Shown here in pieces: positions 13,481 through 25,789 of a stretch of 64,000 bases of DNA. The stretch is from contig OZ024742.1 in the NCBI GenBank assembly GCA_964016885.1, positions 32,240,001-32,304,000 of the forward strand. Reading direction: 5' to 3'. The translations under genes were made by a program, and so were the position numbers. Each line of letters begins with the position of its first letter. Within the stretch, counting starts at the first letter, position 1. This stretch comes from Eledone cirrhosa (Eukaryota). The notes under the pieces are model-generated. The model saw nothing but the letters and a program-made list of their open reading frames with translations, did no database searches and was not told where the DNA came from.

Positions 13481-13531
13481 AGTTTCAGAAGATCCCGTTA
13501 AGGGTGAAAGCAGCGATTCTTTGCTTAAACT
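13481..13531 (+). ncRNA. Hammerhead variant (U4A core) in the inverted pLTR
   Basis: Same 51-nt motif as 11534-11584 on the opposite strand. Confidence 0.7.
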
Positions 13532-13696
13532 TTAATCTGTTATTTTAATAAATATTTGCTCTTCGGTTCTTATATATTTGATATATATTTTCCTTATCGA
13601 GCCCTCTTTGGATTTTAGTCTTCAATTTTATTATTATTACTATTTTATTATTATTATTATTCAATTTTATTATTATTCAGTTTTATTATTATTACT

Positions 13697-14390
13697 ATTG
13701 AGACTGTGTCGATGAGTGTGGGGCTGAGAATGAATGAGACTAAAACAAAATATCTGGTAGAGAATGTTGAGAAGCCAGAGGGGATCACTAATGTAGGCGG
13801 GAAGCCGCTGGAATTGGTTGAGGACTTCCTGTATTTGGGAGCAAAGATTGGGAATACGGAAGATGATGTGGTTGAGAGGAAGAGCAAGGCCTGGGCGGCG
13901 TGTCACAGCTTGAGATCGGTGTGGAAGTCGGACCTTCGTAGAGACCTGAAAATCCGCCTCTTCATTGCTGTAGTGGAGTCTGTGCTGCTGTATGGGTCTG
14001 AGACTTGGACACTGACCAAGAGACTCACTCAGATGGTGGATGGGTGCTACACGAGAATGCTGAAGATGGCTCTGAACATTAATCAGTATACACTGAGGAT
14101 GAAAAACTCAGAGCTGTATGGGAGCATCCCAAAAGTCAGCTCAAAAGTGACACAGAGGAGACTGAGGTTGGCTGGACATGCTCACCGACATCCAGAGTTG
14201 ACATTGCACTCAGTGCTCCTTTGGGAGCCCCTACATGGACACACTAGAAGAGGAAGACCAAGGTTAACATATGTTGATGCCCTAAGGACAGACACTGGTC
14301 TGTTGGAGATGCAGGATATGGCAGCGATAATGAGGGACAGAGACCGCTGGAGAGAACTCGTCCATGGATCTCGGAAATTTTACCCGCCTT

Positions 14391-14392
<2 letters not shown>
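13697..14392 (+). mobile_element. 5'-truncated RTE-like LINE, open 228-aa RT C-terminal frame
   Basis: VGLRMNETKTKYL, DFLYLG, ESVLLYGSETW, RRLRLAGH and RRGRPRLT motifs; flanked by (TTA)n and (TA)n. Confidence 0.9.
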
Positions 14393-14462
<70 letters not shown>

Positions 14463-14514
14463 TTTCTGAATTTGTTTAGCAAGATTCTTTATCTAAAATC
14501 GTGTGTTGAAACCG

Positions 14515-14809
14515 ATATTGTTATACTTTGGGAGGGTCATGTTGCCAATAAGAAACACACGCACCAGTTGTTTCACTTCAATTTATTATAATAAATTTAT
14601 AAATTTCTGGTTGGTTGGTTCCACAACCAGATAGTTGTTTATATATATTGTCGCATGCGACAATATATATAAACAACTATCTGGTTGTGGAACCAACCAA
14701 CCAACCAGAAATTTATAAATTCCTAAATTTATAAATTTATTATAATAAATTGAAGTGAAAGCAACTGGTGCGTGTGTTTCTTATTGGCAACATGACCCTC
14801 CCAAAGTAT

Positions 14810-14817
<8 letters not shown>
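14515..14817. repeat. About 300-bp spacerless palindrome
   Basis: Centred on TCGCATGCGA (14651-14660). One arm recurs alone at about 38555-38712. Confidence 0.9.
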
Positions 14818-14857
<40 letters not shown>

Positions 14858-14862
14858 ATATT

Positions 14863-14930
<68 letters not shown>

Positions 14931-14934
<4 letters not shown>

Positions 14935-15125
14935 AATATGTTCAAAACCCCGACGGCAGAGCTCAAGCCGTTTCGACGACTATTTCTGGACTGAAATAGC
15001 CGTGGAAACGGCTTGAGCTCTGTCGTCGGGATTTTGAACATTTTCCTATTATCCACTCTACTACCCTAAGTATTGAGTACTCTGGTGCGTTATGGTCCAT
15101 CTGGTTTCTTACCACACTTCCTTCG

Positions 15126-15127
<2 letters not shown>
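14931..15127 (+). mobile_element. Short (TA)n-associated element with fold-back 5' end and half-hammerhead
   Basis: Hairpin 14931-15049, then the tail CACTCTACTACCCTAAGTATTGAGTAC...CTTCGTTA shared with 21838-21995, 22039-22244 and 36533-36663. Confidence 0.75.
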
Positions 15128-15179
<52 letters not shown>

Positions 15180-15193
15180 TCCGAGTGAGAAGA

Positions 15194-15275
15194 GCCTTCT
15201 GAAGATGGTTCCCTTCTCAATGGAGGTCCGCTTGGATTATCCGTTTATTCTGGAACTTGAAACGGCGGTAAAGGC
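15194..15275 (+). ncRNA. Type I hammerhead, copy 1
   Basis: GCCTT CTGAAGA TGGTTCC...GGAACTT GAAA CGGCGG TA AAGGC. Confidence 0.8.
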
Positions 15276-15678
15276 ACATATAGTAAGTACAGCGAATTTT
15301 TAAAAATTTATTTTAAAACTTTTTCTTTGTTTGCTAGACCTTGATTTTATATGTTCTAGCTTGTTAATTTATTAACCCGCCATGGAACCACATTGGCATA
15401 TGGTTGGATAATATTTGTATCCCTATATGTATTTTTTACACGTAGGAATTCATACTTTATTATTACTAATCTCCCCTAAGGTAGAGATAAAACTTGGCCG
15501 TTTGGACTGCTGCTATTTCTAGTGGCAGGACATTGACCTGTCCACCCTGCCTTTTGTCTTTGCACACGGCACCAGACAGAATTATTTCTTCTATCATCCA
15601 CTCTCATCTGGGAATGGTTTTGTATGGCGTCAGTTTGTGATTTGAACTCGGGAATTTTATATTCTCCGAGTGAGAAGA

Positions 15679-15760
15679 GCCCTCTGAAGATGGTTCCCTT
15701 CTCAATCGAAGTCCGCTTGGATTATCCGTTTATTCTGGAACTTGAAACCGCGGTAAAGGC
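15679..15760 (+). ncRNA. Type I hammerhead, copy 2
   Basis: GCCCT CTGAAGA TGGTTCC...GGAACTT GAAA CCGCGG TA AAGGC; stem III is the palindrome ACCGCGGT. Confidence 0.8.
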
Positions 15761-15812
15761 ACACATAGTAAGTACAGCGATTTAAAACTTTTTCTATATT
15801 TGCTAGACCCTG

Positions 15813-15876
<64 letters not shown>

Positions 15877-15959
15877 TTTATCCCGGGTTCAATCGGGGGT
15901 AACCACAGTAAATAAGGTAAAAAAATACAAAGCAGAGCATAAATATTTAATATAGAAAG

Positions 15960-16008
15960 GCTTCTACAGGACTAGAACCGTTTCATTCGGAAGAAATCAT
16001 CAGGAAGC
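15960..16008 (-). ncRNA. Type I hammerhead, left arm of an inverted pair
   Basis: Reverse complement GCTTC CTGATGA TTTC ttcc GAAT GAAA CGG ttctagtc CTG TA GAAGC. Confidence 0.78.
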
Positions 16009-16055
16009 TTCCTGGTGATTTCCCCCAAATGAAACAGTTCTAGTCCTGTAGAAGC
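16007..16055 (+). ncRNA. Hammerhead, right arm, A6G core mutation (probably inactive)
   Basis: GCTTC CTGGTGA tttcccccaaat GAAA CAG ttctagtc CTG TA GAAGC. Confidence 0.6.
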
Positions 16056-16071
16056 CTTTCTATATTAAAAT

Positions 16072-16709
<638 letters not shown>

Positions 16710-17234
16710 CACACATACAAGGCATGGATGAGTTGTTAAGGAGTTCGCTTCGCAACCAGTTGGTTCTGGGTTCAGTCCTAACGAATAGTATCTAGTATGT
16801 ATTTTAGTTGACTAATGCCTTGCGAGTAGAATTTGATAGACGGAACTCTTTAACCCCACAACCACCCACAACCACCCACACTTTACTTACACATCTGGTG
16901 ACCTTGTTATTAATTTCAATGAAATTAATTTCACACAGTTTTAAGTAGCTCCAAATGGTTTCATCGTGAGACGGTTGATTCATGAATATTATCAGAGAAT
17001 TATATACTGCTTCAATAGCTATTTGATATTAGAAGTCATCATACTGAGCTGGCAGCTGTTGCAAACTTGTAGGTCTTAACACTTTGAAGGTTAAAATAAT
17101 TAGGAAGGATACCTAGCGTTGCCTGGGAAATATAACACTCATGATGGTGGTTACTTTGTAAAATGAGAATCATGGTAAAACTGTATAAAATTATTTTAAA
17201 CGCAATGTTTGTATTATTTGTAAATGAGACCATT

Positions 17235-17650
17235 GATTGGCAGTATCGGTAGAGGGTCGAACGCCATGCTTTGTAGCATAGAGTTACGGCCCTTTATGAT
17301 CTGAGTTCAAATCCCACCGAGGTTAACTTTGCCTTTCATCCCTACAGGGTCGATAAAATAAAGTACCAGTCATGCACTGGGTCGATTTAATCGACCCCCC
17401 CCAAAAAAAAAAAAATTGTGCCTTGTGTCTATATAAGAAACCATTATTTGTAACAGGGGCGGTGGAATTGGCAGTATCGGTAGAGGGTCGGACGCCATGC
17501 TTTCCAGCATAGAGTTACGACTCTTTATGGTCTGAGTTTAAATCCCGCCGAGGTAAACTTTGTCTTTCATCCTTACCGGGTCGATAAAATAAAGTACCAG
17601 TAATACACTGGGTAATTGCTGCCCTTGTGCCAAAAGTAGAAACAATTATT
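17235..17650 (+). mobile_element. Two tandem MetaSINE-like copies
   Basis: Same A/B boxes and core as 3300-3492, arranged head to tail. Confidence 0.85.
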
Positions 17651-18649
17651 TGTAACAGATCTACTGTTATTGTTTTACATAATTTTTTAATTTTATTACT
17701 GATGGCGTCGTAGTGGCACCGTCGGGGTTTTATACCTTGTAGACCCTATCACCTCTGCAGTCAGTTTCTTCCAGAAGAAGAGCAAAAAATCGACTCCAGT
17801 ATTACACTGGTACTTTTTTTTATCGATCTTGACCAAGGAAACAATATTTCCATGGGTCTTCCCGTTACTCATACTATCTACCTGTCACCACTCCTGGCAG
17901 AAAGAGCAACGTGAAATAAAGTGTCTTGCTCAAGGACATAATGCATCAGCCTGTCTGAGAATCGAACTTGCAACCTCACGATTGTGAATCCAATTCTCTA
18001 ACCACTAAGCCACGTGCTTTAAACTTATTTATCAAAGGAAATTTTTGCAAAAGCACGCGCCTACATATACATTTATATACACATATATACACATAGACAT
18101 GTATATACACATATACATTTATATACACATATATACACATATGCATGTATATACACTTCTAAACATATGCATCTATATACACATATACATGTATACACAC
18201 ATATACATTTATATACACATATGCATGGATATACACATATGCATCTATATACACATATGCATTTATATACATACAGATCTACACCTTGAGCATCCCCTTT
18301 TATTTGACGTTGCCCCAGTCCACTTAGCTGACAAAATTGATTTGCACCTGACCCCTAATTCAAAGTGTCAGCCATGTCACTAAGAGTCACGTTGAATCTC
18401 GTTGACATTACGTTATTATCATCTCGTCAATTTATGGTCTTGTGCCAACTTCAGAAATAATTGTTGCGCAATGAGCTTGTATAAGTGTGTGCTGTGTGTC
18501 CTCCATCATGGCCTATGGTGTCATCAAATGTCAAAATACTGTTACAGCACGTGCAGAACCCTTGCAGACATCAGATGATGTCATTAGAGGTCTATTAAAA
18601 TATAGAAAACCATAGAAAAATATCTAGATTTTAAATAATAATAATGGTG

Positions 18650-19265
18650 TCTTATAGAGGCACAAAGCCAGCAATTTTGGGGGAGGGGAAAGTCGATTAA
18701 ATCGACTCCAGTGCGTGACTGGTACTTTATTTTATCGATCCCGTAAGGATGAAAGGCAAAGTTAATCTCGGCGGGATTTGAATTCAGATCATAGAGGGTC
18801 GTAACTCTATGCTGCAAAGCATGGTGTCCGACCCTCTACCGATACTGCCAATCCATCGCCCTTTGAATAATAATTGTTTCTACTTTAGGCACAAGGCCAG
18901 CAATTACCCAGTGCATTACTGGTACTTTATTTTATCGACCCCGTACGGATGAAAGGCAAAGTCAACCTCGGCGGGATTTGAACTCAGACCGTAAAGGGAC
19001 GTAACTATGCTGGAAAGCATGGCGTCCGACCCTCTACCGATACTGCCAATCCACAATAGTTTCGTATATAGGCACAAGGCCCGCATTTTTTTTTGGGGGG
19101 GGGGGGCGTCGATTAAATCGACCCAGTGCATGACTGGTACTTTATTTTATCGACCCCGTAAGGATGAAAGACAAAGCTAACTTAGGTGGGATTTAAACTC
19201 AGACCGTAAAGGGCCATAACTATGTTGCAAAGCATGGTGTCCGACGCTCTACCGATACTGCCAAA
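18650..19265 (-). mobile_element. Three tandem MetaSINE-like copies
   Basis: Three head-to-tail units of about 200 bp, each containing GGTACTTTATTTTATCGA. Confidence 0.85.
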
Positions 19266-19276
19266 AATAATAATAA

Positions 19277-20040
19277 CTAGCAGTGGTGCCCGGCGTTGCA
19301 CGGGATGAGGTATTTTGGAACGCGGGCTGCCAACAGACCTAATCGTGGAAAAACTGCATGCCTGGACAGTATGTAAAGAAAATAAACCGAATACTCTGAT
19401 GGCTGGATAATCTTTAAGATTTTCCTCGATGAAGCAGGAAAAATGCAGGTTTTCACCTAATGCGGGCCCTAGGGGATCAAGAAAATAATTTTTTTTATGT
19501 GCATAATATGCCTTGAAATACGGAAAAAGCGGCTAAACGTAACGTCTCCAAAAAGCCCTAAAAAGCTGAAAAAATGAAGTTTTTCACCTAATGCGGGCCC
19601 TACGCCATAAAAAAGTTGGATTTCTTTGCTCACGGTATGAAGAAGAGACTGACTAAAACATAGTTACAATTTCAAGGAAATCGGTTTGACGTAACGCCTC
19701 AAATAACCCATAAAAACCTGAAAAAACGCAGATTTTTACCTAATGAATTTTTTATGTGCATAACACTCCCTGAAACATAAGTAATACACAAGTAAAGTTT
19801 GAAAAAAGTCAGTTGGGTACTTCTCGAGTTTTAGGGATTCAAACTCACGGACACACACACACACAGAGACAGACATCCTCAGGGAAGTGACGTAATGCAT
19901 ACAGTCAGACATACAGACAGATATTATAAGGGCGCGACGTTATATCTATGTATCTATCTAAAAAGAGAAAGACTAAGAATTATAAAGAGAGATCGCTAAA
20001 TCGCCTAACACTCCCTGAAACATAAGTATGTGTAAAGTTT
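19277..20040 (-). mobile_element. Non-autonomous Helitron (5' boundary approximate)
   Basis: Reverse complement ends CCCGTGCAACGCCGGG-caccactg-CTAG^T. Segment 19893-20008 matches 30870-30983 in reverse. Confidence 0.7.
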
Positions 20041-20051
20041 GAGTGTTAGGT

Positions 20052-20532
20052 TTAGTCGCTCTGCCCGCATCTCGGACAGATCCGTCTGACAGCACTTCCG
20101 TGCCTGTAAAGTTTATCTCAAACCGACAGTGCACCCCGGTAGCCAGGGGCCTCGTTTGCCTTAAAAATGTGAGGGGGACAAACCAACATTTGTTGATTCT
20201 TAAAGGAGCATGTTAGTATTGCTTATGGCGCCTTTCTGGGACCCTATCACATAAGCAAAATTTTACGCTAATTAAATTTTATATATTCCAAAAAAAAAAT
20301 ATGCTTAAAAAGAATTTATTATATCAAATAAACAAAAGATAAAATATAGACGTTTGAAGAAAAAAAAAAGGGGGGGGGGGGGCTTGTCCCCTGGTACCTC
20401 CCTGAAACAAGGCCCTTGCCGGTAGCACTGCCAAGCAAAGAATTTCTGGAAGTTATCCATTGTCCCCAGCACGAAAGTCCTACGGAACAGACTTGGTCGA
20501 TGCCCAGAGCCTCTGCGAGTGCGTCGTGGCAC
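20052..20532 (-). mobile_element. Two short L1/Tx1 ORF2 3' fragments
   Basis: YRGALSV-stop-DKLYRHG..ICPRC (about 20052-20143) and MDNFQKFFAWQCYR (about 20420-20462) match the C-terminus of ORF2 at 42281-45718. Confidence 0.75.
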
Positions 20533-20895
20533 TTGTCCACCACTAATCCTCTATTCGAGAGTGGACGCTCCACTGACCGCATTGCCCGCCTGCTAGGTAA
20601 TAATAATATACAAAGTTTAACCGTCACTGTCAAATATTCAACTTAATAATAAATTCTAGTGAAAAGAACAACGGAGAGAACTACAATAATAATTATAACA
20701 AATATATATACATATATAAAATAGGAATAATAGAAACTTCTGAAACAAAATAATAATTATATGAGGTGAAGCTAAGACAACAACTGTCCCAGAAGGACTG
20801 TCTATGGCGACCTTTTACTGAATACCTTCCACTTCTACCTATTGTGACAGGATATTATTTTATATCTCTACCCCTGGCTCTCCTTTACTGTACTA

Positions 20896-20968
<73 letters not shown>

Positions 20969-21166
20969 CATACATACATACATACATACATACATGCATG
21001 CATACATACATACATACATACATACATACATACATACATACATACATACATACATACATACTACATACATACATACATACATACACACATACCTGGAGAG
21101 GATTAGGCTCTGAAGGTTTAAAAGAAAATGCCCGAGAAACACCGTATGTCAATAGGACATCCCTAC

Positions 21167-21241
<75 letters not shown>

Positions 21242-21837
21242 ACTCCACATACACACATACATGCGCGACGGCTGAGCTCTTGCCGTTTTGACAGTAAATT
21301 CCGGGCAAGAGCTCAGCCGTCGGCTCTGCCTCTCTACTATATTTACACTAGACACACACATACATATACATATATTCATATATACACACACACGAGAAGC
21401 TGTCATTCCTTCCTGCAGATTTCTTTTAACGTGCTGTGTTGTTTGACTTGACAAGATGTTTACTTAAATCATGTTCTATATAGATAAAGACAACCACAGG
21501 GATGTGGTCCGAACGTGGAAGAGCCGAACTTCCACTGTCATCGCCTCCTTCTCTTTCGCCCTCCCCATCTCTCTGTATGGTGAGCAAATGGGGTCCCACG
21601 CGCAGGCCTCCCCACAGCCCCGGCGGACAGAATGGAGAAGGCGTTTCCCCGGAGGATGGTAAGGGAGTTGCGGTGGAAGAGCCATTCCATATCCCAAGTA
21701 TCGAGAACTCTGCTGAATGTTGTTCTTACTAGTTTTAAAATGGAATGATCCTGATCGCCCCCTCCCCCTACTCTCTATATTTCTTTATATATATCAGAAT
21801 GGAGGCGGTAAAAACCAGTTAGAACATTACTCATCAA

Positions 21838-22242
21838 AGTACTCAATACTTAGGGTAGTAGAGTGGGTAATAGGAAAAATTCGGGACCCCGACAGCTGAG
21901 CTCCGGCCGTTTCAACAGTTAGATCTGAACGGATCCGAGTTCGGATCTAGCTGTTGAAACGGCCGGGGCTCAGCTGTCGGGGTCCCGAATTTTTCATATA
22001 TATATATATATATATATATAGTATATATATATATATATATAGGAACCAGTAAGACCCCGACGGCTGAGCTCAAGCCGTTTCGACGGCTAATTCTGGACGC
22101 TAATCAGTCCAGAATTAGCCGTCGAAACGGCTTGAGCTCAGCCGTCGGGGTCTTACTGGTTCCTATTACCCACTCTACTACCCTAAGTATTGAGTACTTT
22201 GGTGCGTTATGGTCCACCTGGTTCCTTACCACATTTCCTTCG

Positions 22243-22244
<2 letters not shown>
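21838..22244. mobile_element. Two divergent fold-back half-hammerhead elements around a (TA)n tract
   Basis: Hairpins 21875-21995 and 22039-22166 (60-bp perfect arms, 8-nt loop). GAAA-CGGCT-tgagctc-AGCCG-TC at 22124-22146. Confidence 0.8.
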
Positions 22245-22873
<629 letters not shown>

Positions 22874-23053
22874 TTACGTTAACCAAGAACTCCTAAGACC
22901 TAACCAACAACTTAATTTATAAAATAATTTTTTTTAAGAAAAATTCTTTTGGGATTTTGTGAAGAAAATAAATTTGTTGAAAGCACAAGTGAAGCCATTT
23001 TTTCTTCCCCCCTGTCTTAATATACCTAACTGTACCAAGGATTACACACATTT

Positions 23054-23103
<50 letters not shown>

Positions 23104-23347
23104 CAATTGTTTGGAAAGAGATGTATTTTAATTATGTCTCATAAAATAATACAACTGGCTATCCGCAAAATACGTATAGTTAACACCCCAAACGTATAAT
23201 TGGGATTATACTAAGGTATATTCTAATGTTTGTTGAGTGAGACGGAAGCCGGTCGGAGTATTGCTTAAAGCTTTCTCTGTTAATGTTTGTGAGTGAGACG
23301 GAAGCCGGTCGGAGTATTGCTTAAAGCTTTCTCTGTTAATGTATTAA

Positions 23348-23463
<116 letters not shown>

Positions 23464-23969
23464 ATATATATATATATATATATATAAACGGAAAAAATGA
23501 AACGAAATTTCCCTGTTACTTAAATATAAGTATATATACGTACATACAAATATGTATACAGACGTACAGTAGTATGTATATATATATATATACATACATA
23601 TATATATATGTACGTATGGATTCACCGAACATTTATTATAATGCTCGGTGTGTTTGTAAACAAACATCCCGTATTAAGCCGTAGTGTCCAGCAACCATCG
23701 TTGTCCGTTTATCGATATATATGTGCGCATGTATGTATATATATATACATACTACTGTACGTCTGTATACATATATGTATGTACGTGTACATACTTATAT
23801 TTAAGTAACAGCCGTACTAAGAGTGGGAAATTAAATTTCGTTTCATTTTTTCCGTTTATCGTTTTCGGTGCACCCGGCCGATTAACCCACTCGATATGCA
23901 AGTTGGGCTACTCAGCCGTTAATATGCATATGGTAAGTATATACGTTCAACAATCTGGCAGGAAGTTAT

Positions 23970-24012
23970 ACGTTGCTGACGATAGCTAATAAGCTTGAAA
24001 CTAGTACAGCGT
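23970..24012 (+). ncRNA. Minimal type I hammerhead ribozyme
   Basis: ACGTTG CTGACGA TAGCT aata AGCTT GAAA CTAG TA CAGCGT; stem III is the palindrome ACTAGT; predicted cleavage after 24006. Confidence 0.85.
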
Positions 24013-24295
24013 TCCTTTGTCAATGTTGAACAAACGAGCAGCGATGGTTGCTGGACACTACGGCTTAATACGGGATGTTTGTTTACAAACACACCGAGCA
24101 TTATAATAAATGTTCGGTGAATCCATACGTACATATATATATGTGTGCATGTATGTATATATACATACTACTGTACGTCTATATACATATATGTATGTAC
24201 GTGTACATATATATATATCAGATATTGAGTTAGAAACTCAAAATAGTGTCTTACAATTAAATAGCTCAAAGAAAGCAGTTTTTCTGAGCCGTGTA

Positions 24296-24807
24296 ATATA
24301 ATTGAATATACAAGAGAGATAAACACAAATATAAACATACATGTGTTCGAATTGTAAGGGACCAGGTTTGCTAGGGTGAAAAAAATACTAACTATAACAA
24401 TATGGTTTGCCAGACTCAATTTAAAGTAACTCGGCTGCTATTTTTAACACCAAATGTTTATGAGACACGCTAGGTTCTGATGCCATTTGCGTTATTTCAT
24501 ATTCGCACACTATTCAGTCTTCTGATACACTTAGAAATGGAGGGATTAATAATTTTTACACCCACCGAAGAGCAGAAAATTTGTAATTTCCTTCGCTAAA
24601 TAATTTGCGAAACAGCTACCAAAGCTGTCTGGGTGTTCAGGCAGTTGCCCAATATAGGTTTGTTCTTCTTTTTCTTGATTTATTATTTTAAATTGAGTCT
24701 GGCAAACCATATTCTTATAGTTAGTATTTTTTTCACCCTGGCGAACTTGGTCCCTTACAATTCGAACACGTATGTTTATATTTGTGTTTATTTCTAATGT
24801 ATATTCA

Positions 24808-24816
<9 letters not shown>
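24296..24816 (+). mobile_element. Hammerhead-containing element with about 135-bp inverted arms
   Basis: Arms about 24296-24430 and 24681-24816 are reverse complements; the spacer holds a hammerhead. Confidence 0.75.
24558..24636 (+). ncRNA. Full type I hammerhead, U4C core variant, GUC cleavage site
   Basis: ACACCCA CCGAAGA GCAGA...TTTGC GAAA CAGCT accaa AGCTG TC TGGGTGT; 7-bp stem I and 6-bp stem III. Confidence 0.82.
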
Positions 24817-24845
<29 letters not shown>

Positions 24846-25055
24846 TTTCTCCGTCTTTCTCCCCTCTTCCTCTCCTCTCTCCCCACCTCCCCCTCTCTCC
24901 ACCACAATATTAACATGACCTCCCTCACTATATAGGATGAGTCAAATGTTGATAAATTGCCCTCCAAACATTTAAATATATTTTATTTATTCCTTGTTGT
25001 TGTTTGTTGTTTGTCTCTTGTCCCCTTGACTCAGCAACAACAACAACAACTACTA

Positions 25056-25099
<44 letters not shown>

Positions 25100-25214
25100 A
25101 CTACTGCTACTACTACTATAATGGTAATAATTACTATCACTTCTTACCTCATCACACTTCAACATCTCCATTACCACCAACTGTAACTATACTACTACCA
25201 CCACCACCACCACC

Positions 25215-25248
<34 letters not shown>

Positions 25249-25293
25249 GTAGTAGTAGTAGTAGTAGTACTAGTGGTGGTAGTAGTAGTAGTG

Positions 25294-25342
<49 letters not shown>

Positions 25343-25353
25343 GGTAGTAGTAA

Positions 25354-25411
<58 letters not shown>

Positions 25412-25789
25412 GGTGGTGGTGGTAGTAGTAGTAGAACTAATAATTATTTCTACTTTTGGCATAAGGCCAGCAATTACCAGTACATTACTGGCAAGGGCCG
25501 TAACTCTATGCGGCAAAGCATGGAGTCCGACCCTCTACCAATACTGCCAATCCACCCTGACTTAGGCACGAGGCCAACAATTTTCGGGGAGGAGAAAGTT
25601 GATTAATACGACCCCATTGCATTACTGGTACTTTATTTTATCGACCTTGTAAGGATGAGATCAAAGCTAACCTCGGTGGGATTTGAACCCAGAACGTAAA
25701 GGGCCGTAACTCTATGCTGCTAAATATTGTATCCGAAGTTCTACCGATTCTGCCAAATATTCTGCCAACTAGAATACGCGTGACTACTA

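Larger units (their letters stand above)
11511..13553 (-). mobile_element. 5'-truncated Penelope-like retroelement with inverted pLTRs
   Basis: Near-identical inverted repeats of about 425 bp (11511-11935 and 13130-13553) flank a GIY-YIG coding fragment. Each repeat carries a hammerhead; the left end abuts (TA)n. Confidence 0.9.
15176..15817 (+). mobile_element. Retrozyme-like or non-autonomous Penelope partial tandem with two hammerheads 485 nt apart
   Basis: Direct repeat beginning ATTCTCCGAGTGAGAAGAGCC at about 15176 and 15661; no long ORF; bounded by (TA)n on both sides. Confidence 0.8.

Noticed and set aside
21560-21680. HDV-like ribozyme in a GC-rich repeat also present at about 3487-3542 (-)
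   Set aside because: TCCCACG resembles an L3 loop, but I could not build the P1-P4 pseudoknot.
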